A stretch of 64,000 bases of DNA, taken from the IMG/VR virus record IMGVR_UViG_3300025132_000001, one strand, 5' to 3'. The DNA comes from an uncultured virus (IMG/VR IMGVR_UViG_3300025132_000001) (taxonomy: Duplodnaviria; Heunggongvirae; Uroviricota; Caudoviricetes). The notes beneath the pieces were generated by a model. It ran no database searches. It was not told the origin of the DNA and saw only the letters and a program-made list of their open reading frames with translations. Made by a program: the position numbers and the translations under genes. This document shows positions 57,057 through 64,000 of this stretch, one piece after another; the first letter of the stretch is position 1, and every line of letters starts with the position of its first letter.

Positions 57057-59216
57057 ATGGCACAAGCACCTTTTCAAGAAAGAGACCCTGATATTCTCGA
57101 CGGCGTAAAATCTTATACCGTAAAAAAGGGGGACAATTTAACTAGATACGCATCTAGGAATAATACTACTATTGAGGAACTTATGAAACTTAATCCTCAT
57201 ATAAAAAATAAAGATAAAATATATATTGGAGATCAAATTATTCTTCCAGGTAAATGGAATGATGATGGTTCTGAATTTGTAGATACTAATGAGATTGAAA
57301 CAGATATAGTAAATGCAACTGAAATTACTGATAATCAAAACAATAATACTAACGAAGTACGAGAAGAAATTATTACTAATTTAAATAACAGACAAGATAT
57401 TCCAGTATCTGATACTCAAGCAAATTTTAATGCTTTAAAAGCAGATAAAAAATTAATCAGAAGACAAGGTCTTAAAAATACATTAGAATTTTTTGATCCT
57501 ACTAATACGCATGATGAGAGAATGCAAAACATTGCAACTAGACATGATACTAAAATGGCTAGAATTCAGAATAGATGGGCTAGAAGAGCTGCTAGACAAC
57601 AAATGCGTAAAGAAAGAAAAGATCTTAGAGGTAATAGTATTATCAAAGATCTTCGTTCAATGAATCCTAGACGATTAGAGCGTTTAGATGCTCAAAATGA
57701 AAGAAAGCATGAGAAGTTTGGAGAAAATGCTTTTGAAGGAAATTGGGCAGATTTATCTTTTGCAGAAAAACAAAAGATAAGAAAAGACCAAAGACAAGTA
57801 AATAGATTATATAGAGACGCTGAAAGAGAAGAAAGAGAAAGTACAAGAGGCCCTGGAAATATATTTGGAGGCGCCACTGGTGATGGTTTTGCACGATTAT
57901 CACAAACGAGAGAAGATAATAGAAATCTACGAAAGTCAAATAGAGATGCTAAAATGAGAGAAAAGTATAATATAGATGGAGTAGATTGGGAAGGAAATTG
58001 GGGAGATTTATCTAGACAAGAGAAGAGAAATATAAAAAGTGATTATAAACTTTTTAGTCAAATGGATGCAGATATTGCAAAATATGATGAAGAAGATAGA
58101 CAAAAAGCGTTACTGCTACAACAAGAAAATGATTTAAATAATGTTCTTCAATCACCATCAATGCAACAAGGATTAAAACAAGGAGGAATGTTAAATTATG
58201 GTTATGGAGGTAAAATGATGAATTATAATTATGGCGGTCCTTTAAAGTATGCAAGTTATGGAACTAATGAGTTACCTGATGCTTGGAAACCTTCAAGTCA
58301 AATTGCATACAATCAAGGAGTACAAGAAGTTATGGATGCTTCAAATCAAAGTGCTATGAATACTTCACAAGTAGTTAATCAAAAGTTAATGGAGGTAGAG
58401 GATGCTAATACATCTCCTGGAGTAGCTTCTGAAATAGCACAAAATGTTACAAGTATAGCAGAACAATATCCAAATTTTGCAAATAAATTAAGTACACCAT
58501 TTTCAAATTTAAAAAATTATGGTACTTTTAAAAGTCCTGATAATCCATTTTTTCAACAAAGTAAAATGCCTAGATGGTTAGCTAAAGATCTAGCACAAAA
58601 TACAACAAGTAATGCTGGTGCTAATATAGCAAGTAACATGGGTACTGAGAATTTAATTATGGGTTCAGAAGGTATGGCAGATCCATTACTTTCACAAATG
58701 GCAGCTGAAGGAAGACATGTATTACCTGAAGTTGTTTTAAATGAAGGGGCAAATATAGCTGCTGACGCAGGAACAAGTGTAGCTGGAGATGTTGCCACTG
58801 AAGGAGCAAAAGCAGGAGTTAATCCTACAGTTCCTTGGTCACTAGTTGGAAATTTAGCAGGAAAGGGTATTACTGCTTTGTCTGATGATCAAAATCCTAC
58901 AACAATGAATTTTGGTGAGACTGCAGGTACTGTAGTAAGTGGTGCTTCTACTGGAGCAGGGATTGGTAGCATGCTTCTGCCTGGAATAGGAACAATTGCT
59001 GGAGGTCTTATAGGAGGACTTTGGAGTGGATTAAGAGGTAAAAAGAAAAGAGATGATGCTAGAGACGAATACCAAGAAGTTTACGATGAGTATGTACAAC
59101 CAATGATGGCTAATCAAGGAGCTTTAAATAAAATGTCTAAAACTTATTGGGGAACAGATACAGGTAGAAGACTAGTTAGAAAAGGTGGAACTTTAAATCG
59201 TAAGTTATATGCATAA
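57057..59216 (+). CDS. LysM-containing putative ejected protein with glycine-zipper segment
   Basis: YTVKKGDNL...ELMKLNP...IYIGDQIILP (LysM); GAGIGSMLLPGIGTIAGGLIGGL. Confidence 0.75.
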   Translation: MAQAPFQERDPDILDGVKSYTVKKGDNLTRYASRNNTTIEELMKLNPHIKNKDKIYIGDQIILPGKWNDDGSEFVDTNEIETDIVNATEITDNQNNNTNEVREEIITNLNNRQDIPVSDTQANFNALKADKKLIRRQGLKNTLEFFDPTNTHDERMQNIATRHDTKMARIQNRWARRAARQQMRKERKDLRGNSIIKDLRSMNPRRLERLDAQNERKHEKFGENAFEGNWADLSFAEKQKIRKDQRQVNRLYRDAEREERESTRGPGNIFGGATGDGFARLSQTREDNRNLRKSNRDAKMREKYNIDGVDWEGNWGDLSRQEKRNIKSDYKLFSQMDADIAKYDEEDRQKALLLQQENDLNNVLQSPSMQQGLKQGGMLNYGYGGKMMNYNYGGPLKYASYGTNELPDAWKPSSQIAYNQGVQEVMDASNQSAMNTSQVVNQKLMEVEDANTSPGVASEIAQNVTSIAEQYPNFANKLSTPFSNLKNYGTFKSPDNPFFQQSKMPRWLAKDLAQNTTSNAGANIASNMGTENLIMGSEGMADPLLSQMAAEGRHVLPEVVLNEGANIAADAGTSVAGDVATEGAKAGVNPTVPWSLVGNLAGKGITALSDDQNPTTMNFGETAGTVVSGASTGAGIGSMLLPGIGTIAGGLIGGLWSGLRGKKKRDDARDEYQEVYDEYVQPMMANQGALNKMSKTYWGTDTGRRLVRKGGTLNRKLYA

Positions 59217-62200
59217 AAGAAAATTATATAAAACAGCTGGTATTCGCCAATTACCTGGTGGAGTAGAATATAATGTTCCTGGAACTAATTTAACTAGGTT
59301 TGAAGGTAACTTACATGATAATGGAGGTATCTTATTAAATCAAGATGCTGAAGTTGAAGGAGGAGAAACTAAAGGAACTGTTACAATGGCAGGAGGCAAT
59401 CCAACTGAGTATATATTTTCTACATTTTTAAATATGGACGGTACTAAAGGATATAATGATGGTAAAGAAACTATTGCAGATGCAAGTGTAAAAATTGCTA
59501 AACAAGGAGGAGATTTAAATCAATTAGCTAAATTTCAAGAAAAATTAGCAGGTAGAGATGGTACTAGAATAGCTAGAAATGGTGGTCCAATTAATTATCA
59601 AACAGAAGGTGTAGTAGAAGATGATCAACCTCAATTTAATTATCCAGGAGAGCAATTTATAGACGAAGACAGTAGTTATTGGAGTTACTATACAGCAGAT
59701 GAAAGTAAACACGATTGGGAAGGAATGGATGTTCAAACAGGAATGAGGTACATGCAAGATTCTAAACTAACAGATTATAGTTGGATATTACCTTCAGAAA
59801 TTTTAGCTGCAGGTGGTACAGGATCTGGCAGTAATTATAGATTTACTGGAGCATCTGAAAAATGGACTGAGTTTTATAATAATTTAGACTCTAATGATAC
59901 AGAGCAATTTTTTCAAAAAATGGCTATGACTCATTTAGAAGATCATGGTGCTCATAATGCTTGGGAAGATTTTGTAGGATATCCTTATATAGCAGACAAT
60001 ACAAATCCTATGCCTCATATGAAATATAAAACATCTTTAGCAGTTGATTTAAAAAATGACTATGAAGAAATGTTAGCTGCTCAAGGAGATCAAGTTGCTT
60101 TATTTAATAATGATTTTAATGGGGGTCCTATTTTAGCTACTAAAGAAGCTTTAACTGAAGATGAGATTGAAGTAATACGACAAGAACGTTTAACTGCAAT
60201 TAGTGTTGCGTGGGATGATATGGAAGATTATGAAAAATTAGTTGTTTATGATAATTTAAAAGAATTTGCACCTGATGCAATTACAGATAGACAGCAAGGA
60301 TGGTATAATGAATTATCAGGAGATTTATGGCAAATGACAAAACCTCTTTATCAAGATTTTCAAAATTCAAGAAATGCGTATGTTAGTGGAATGTCTCATG
60401 CAGAAGATCCTACACAACAAGATATACTTGGAACACAGCCTGGGCAAATAGGTAGTACAGAAGGTATAGGGGCAGGAACACAGCTTACAGCTAATATAAT
60501 TGATATATTAGGATTAGATACAAAGTATTTTGATTCAGGATCAATTCAAGATTTTACTTATGATCAATGGATGGCATTAGGCATGCCTCAATCTTATGAA
60601 GAATTAGGTATTATACCTTTAACTACATTAATGGATCCAGATAAAATATTTACTGAAAATGGTCAGACAAATGATGCTTATATTTTAGATATAATTAATC
60701 AACATCGTCCTGAAGATGTGGCTGATATGACAGAGCAGCAATATATGCAAGCGGGAGTTGGTAAGAATTTATTTAGATATATAACAAGTATACCAGGAGC
60801 GGTAAAATATGCTCGTACTCACGGATGGAAAAATCTTTGGGGAGGAATGACAAAAGGTAAAGCTTATTTTAAAAATGCTAGAACAAAACAATGGACACAA
60901 CATCCTGCAAGTAAACAGTTTCAAAATAAAAATTTTAAAAAACCAAAAGTAAAAACTAAAACTTATCCTGATACAGTTGGTGGATTTATAGATAAACAAC
61001 TTTCTAGAGATGGATTTTTAGCAGCCCATTGGAAAAAAATTCTAGGTGGAGGTGCAACAATTTGGGGTATTTGGCAAGCAGGTAAGGATATAGCAGATAT
61101 AGGGCCTGGAGAAGTAGAAGATAGTGAAGGTTATACACCAGGTGGAGGAGATCCTAATTTTCATCCAAATTATATTAATATAATTGATATTAATTCAGAT
61201 GGGTTTGATAATGCTGTGTTAGATTCTTTACAAGGTGTTATAGAAGATTCAGGAGTACAAGAAAATCCTGGGTATGTCCCGCCATTAAATTTTGAACAAA
61301 AACGTTATGGAGGAGAAGTATATGATACAGGAGGAGATATGAAGCCAATATCAATTACTGGAGATTATCAATTATGGGATGGTACCGTATTTTTTAAAGG
61401 TGCAGATGGTAGTTTAATGGCATTTACAACTCCAGAAGAATATGAAGCACACCGAGCAGAAAGAGGTTTAGAAACTGACTATGAATTTAAAGATATGGTA
61501 ACTTTTGAAGATGATAATTTATCTGATCAAGAATTACTAAGCTTTATGGACGCAGCAGATTTAGTATCAAAAGGCCATAAATATAAAGCTGCGCCTTATT
61601 ATCAAGAAATAGCTGGAAGAGTAACTAGTGGGGAATCACCTGATAATACAAATCCTAATCCTAATAATAATACTAATCCTAATCCTAATAATAATACTAC
61701 TACTGATAGATCTCAAATTCCTACAACAAATGTAGCTTCTGATGTGTATTATCAAGGAGATGTTTATGGAGATATTGCAAAACAACAAGGTAAACAAACA
61801 TTTGAATTTGCAGATGGTAATACCATAGATCTATATGGAGACGAGCATTTATTTGGACAAATTTCTGCAGGCGGAGTAGACGCATGGGGAACAGATTGGT
61901 TTAAAAATGCAAATCCAGAAATATTATCAGCTGCTGGTATCACTAGTTTTGCAGATTTTAAAGATCCTGCTAATATTTTAGCATATCAAAAAGCTTGGAA
62001 TCAAGCAAATCCTAATAATCTTATTAGAGAAGATAGCTTTTTTGGAGAACAAACTACTAGAACTGCATTTGCTCCTACAGAAGTAAATGAAAATAATCCA
62101 CCAGATGAAACTCCTCCAGGAGTACAATGGAAATCTCCAAACGACTGGAGATGGTTAATACCAGCAGTAGGGGCAGCGGCACAATTAATTGGGCCTTTAA

Positions 62201-62799
62201 AAGCAAGAAATTTAAAACCTCGTTTTACTAGTGCAATGATGCAACCAAAAACAAGTTTAGAAAGAGTTGATATGAATCAACAAAGATCGGCAAATACAGC
62301 TGATTTAAATGCTTTAAAAACTTATGTAGGTAATAATGTAGGAGGACCTGCTTCTATGGCAAATATACAAGCTGCATTTGCTGCTAAACGAAGAGCTGAT
62401 GCTGAAGTATGGCAAAAAGAAAATGAAATGAATGCAGGTATTGCAAATGCAGAATCAAAAATAAATGCAGAAATTGTAGCAAATAATGCTAAAAATGCAT
62501 TAGCTGCAAATACTTTTAATGCTGAAGCGCTTACTAGAAACGACGAAACTAAATTAGCTGCTTGGGACGCAATGGGTAATAGAATAGGTGGAATGGCTAA
62601 AGATTGGTTAGGATATTTAGCTGAAAGAGATAAAGCGAGAGCAATAGCTGGACCAGAAATGTACGATAGAAATTTATTTTTTGCTGCAAATCCACATTTA
62701 GATCCAACTTCAGAAGAAGCTGCAACTGCTCTTAATGAATGGAGAAAAGGTAAAAAACAAAATACTTATAAGATGTTATATAATAAAAATTGGACATAA
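59209..62799 (+). CDS. Large putative ejected (cargo) protein
   Basis: GNLHDNGG...EVEGGE N-terminal domain; GG/YQTEG motifs; PG-binding-like YQKAWN...DSFFGEQT; Ala/Asn coiled-coil C-terminus. Confidence 0.65.
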   Translation: MHKRKLYKTAGIRQLPGGVEYNVPGTNLTRFEGNLHDNGGILLNQDAEVEGGETKGTVTMAGGNPTEYIFSTFLNMDGTKGYNDGKETIADASVKIAKQGGDLNQLAKFQEKLAGRDGTRIARNGGPINYQTEGVVEDDQPQFNYPGEQFIDEDSSYWSYYTADESKHDWEGMDVQTGMRYMQDSKLTDYSWILPSEILAAGGTGSGSNYRFTGASEKWTEFYNNLDSNDTEQFFQKMAMTHLEDHGAHNAWEDFVGYPYIADNTNPMPHMKYKTSLAVDLKNDYEEMLAAQGDQVALFNNDFNGGPILATKEALTEDEIEVIRQERLTAISVAWDDMEDYEKLVVYDNLKEFAPDAITDRQQGWYNELSGDLWQMTKPLYQDFQNSRNAYVSGMSHAEDPTQQDILGTQPGQIGSTEGIGAGTQLTANIIDILGLDTKYFDSGSIQDFTYDQWMALGMPQSYEELGIIPLTTLMDPDKIFTENGQTNDAYILDIINQHRPEDVADMTEQQYMQAGVGKNLFRYITSIPGAVKYARTHGWKNLWGGMTKGKAYFKNARTKQWTQHPASKQFQNKNFKKPKVKTKTYPDTVGGFIDKQLSRDGFLAAHWKKILGGGATIWGIWQAGKDIADIGPGEVEDSEGYTPGGGDPNFHPNYINIIDINSDGFDNAVLDSLQGVIEDSGVQENPGYVPPLNFEQKRYGGEVYDTGGDMKPISITGDYQLWDGTVFFKGADGSLMAFTTPEEYEAHRAERGLETDYEFKDMVTFEDDNLSDQELLSFMDAADLVSKGHKYKAAPYYQEIAGRVTSGESPDNTNPNPNNNTNPNPNNNTTTDRSQIPTTNVASDVYYQGDVYGDIAKQQGKQTFEFADGNTIDLYGDEHLFGQISAGGVDAWGTDWFKNANPEILSAAGITSFADFKDPANILAYQKAWNQANPNNLIREDSFFGEQTTRTAFAPTEVNENNPPDETPPGVQWKSPNDWRWLIPAVGAAAQLIGPLKARNLKPRFTSAMMQPKTSLERVDMNQQRSANTADLNALKTYVGNNVGGPASMANIQAAFAAKRRADAEVWQKENEMNAGIANAESKINAEIVANNAKNALAANTFNAEALTRNDETKLAAWDAMGNRIGGMAKDWLGYLAERDKARAIAGPEMYDRNLFFAANPHLDPTSEEAATALNEWRKGKKQNTYKMLYNKNWT
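61645..61698 (+). repeat. 24-bp in-frame tandem repeat (NTNPNPNN x2)
   Basis: AATAC(A/T)AATCCTAATCCTAATAAT twice, plus a partial copy. Confidence 0.85.
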
Positions 62800-64000
62800 T
62801 GAAATATAAATTTCAACAAGGAGGCGGGTTTAATTTTCAACCATATCAATCAGTATTTGAGCCAACAGGAAAACTGGAAATTGCTCAATATATGCGTGAA
62901 AAATATGACCAAACTAAAGAAAACAGAGATTTAGTTTCAAGGGCATTAGCTACATTTGAAACTTCTCCTGGAGACGCACATTTGGTTACTAAAGCTACTG
63001 ATCATATTAATGAGCTTCTTGCTGGAGTAGATGCAACTGGTGCATATGAAAAAGCAGGAGCTGTAGTTTCTGAAGCATATAATTATTTACTTAGCGATAA
63101 AGGATTAACGTTAGCAAAGCGATCTCAAGATATGCGTAATAAAGAACTTGCTTGGCAATCTGAATATCAAATGAAAAATCCTGGAGCACGTGTTTTAGGA
63201 TTTGGAGACGAAGCATGGAAAACTCATGTTTCTTATAAAACAAATGATGATGGTAGTATATATGAAAATATATATCGACCTACTAATGAAATACAAGCTG
63301 ATTATTCAGCTGAAATGAATAATATGTTAAAACGTATTGGCCAGTCTGTAGACGCATCAGGTAATGCTATGGGAATTACTCAACAAAATGCAGACATGAT
63401 AGGAGAATTAATGTTTAATTCTTATTTAGGTGATATGGCTGAAGAAGCACAATCTGGAGAATTTGATTATAATAATGTCACTTTAACTGGATCTGATGTA
63501 GGTATGCAAGATTATAAAAGATTAATGGAGATAGATTTAAAGCATATTGCTAATATGGAAGAAAGACATTTAGCTGCAATTAGTGATATTAAAAAAAGAA
63601 TTAAGTTTACTACACAACAATGGGTAAATCAAACTGCAATGTCTCAAAATTTAAAAGTAGATGGAGTTATACCGCATGATGAAATTAATGATTTAACTAA
63701 ATCAGAAACAAATGTTTCAGTTGATGCTAGTAAAACAGTTGATGCTATATTAGATAATAATGCAAATACATTAGATGTTCTTGATAATCCAAATATGACT
63801 CAATTAAGTAAAGAGGAGGCTTTGGTTCAGTATAATATACAACAATCTCTTAAAAATAACTTTAGAACAAATGCTTTAAAAACTGGATTATCTTCACAAG
63901 GTATTGATGCAGGACAAACTAATCAAATTATTGACGAGTTTAATTTTTATGAAGGAACTGGAGAAGGACAATTATTTGAAGGTCATGAAGAACTATATAT
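62799..64000 (+). CDS. Large putative cargo protein (runs off window)
   Basis: TAATG-coupled start; MKYKFQQGGGFNFQPYQSVF... Confidence 0.7.
   Translation, partial: MKYKFQQGGGFNFQPYQSVFEPTGKLEIAQYMREKYDQTKENRDLVSRALATFETSPGDAHLVTKATDHINELLAGVDATGAYEKAGAVVSEAYNYLLSDKGLTLAKRSQDMRNKELAWQSEYQMKNPGARVLGFGDEAWKTHVSYKTNDDGSIYENIYRPTNEIQADYSAEMNNMLKRIGQSVDASGNAMGITQQNADMIGELMFNSYLGDMAEEAQSGEFDYNNVTLTGSDVGMQDYKRLMEIDLKHIANMEERHLAAISDIKKRIKFTTQQWVNQTAMSQNLKVDGVIPHDEINDLTKSETNVSVDASKTVDAILDNNANTLDVLDNPNMTQLSKEEALVQYNIQQSLKNNFRTNALKTGLSSQGIDAGQTNQIIDEFNFYEGTGEGQLFEGHEELY

Noticed and set aside
587..60999. Short antisense or alternate-frame ORFs in the track (e.g. 587-769, 1522-1743, 6137-6349, 24222-24494, 32397-32774, 37516-37923, 42054-42446, 43130-43516)
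   Set aside because: They lie within longer, motif-bearing genes and have no recognisable features; treated as shadow ORFs.
1..64000. Stop-codon reassignment, as in some Crassvirales
   Set aside because: Core genes are full length in the standard code, and TAG/TGA serve as real stops (e.g. portal, scaffold, 13302).
57057..64000. Virion RNA polymerase subunit
   Set aside because: No DxDxD-type catalytic motif recognised here; if present it probably lies beyond the window.

Overview
The window is about 64 kb of an AT-rich tailed-phage genome with crAss-like (Crassvirales-type) organisation, read in the standard genetic code. The host is most likely Bacteroidota, judged from TTTG-N20/21-TAnnTTTG promoters and signal peptides followed by Gln. 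Positions 1-17.6 kb (minus strand) hold early and replication genes: rIIA/rIIB, nuclease, primase, AAA ATPase, DnaB, SF2 helicase, a DnaA-type HTH protein and family A DNA polymerase. A hairpin-rich, largely non-coding strand switch lies at about 16.2-18.1 kb. Positions 18-64 kb (plus strand) hold late genes: GroES, HU/IHF-like proteins, terminase, portal, scaffold, major capsid, tail/fibre proteins, lysis genes, a tail stabiliser and large putative ejected cargo proteins. Most notable: (1) a recurring K/R-x-GG...(Y/F)QTEG peptide motif that divides four giant proteins into modules (zincin, lysozyme-like, M15 peptidase, LysM, PG-binding), suggesting a polyprotein processing or capsid-targeting system; (2) a phage-encoded cell-envelope cassette with an outer-membrane beta-barrel, an LDL-receptor-A-like protein ending in a T9SS-like tail, and an exported thioredoxin lacking CxxC; (3) several candidate structured ncRNAs; (4) a shared extended late-promoter motif. 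All calls come from reading motifs by eye; no searches were run.
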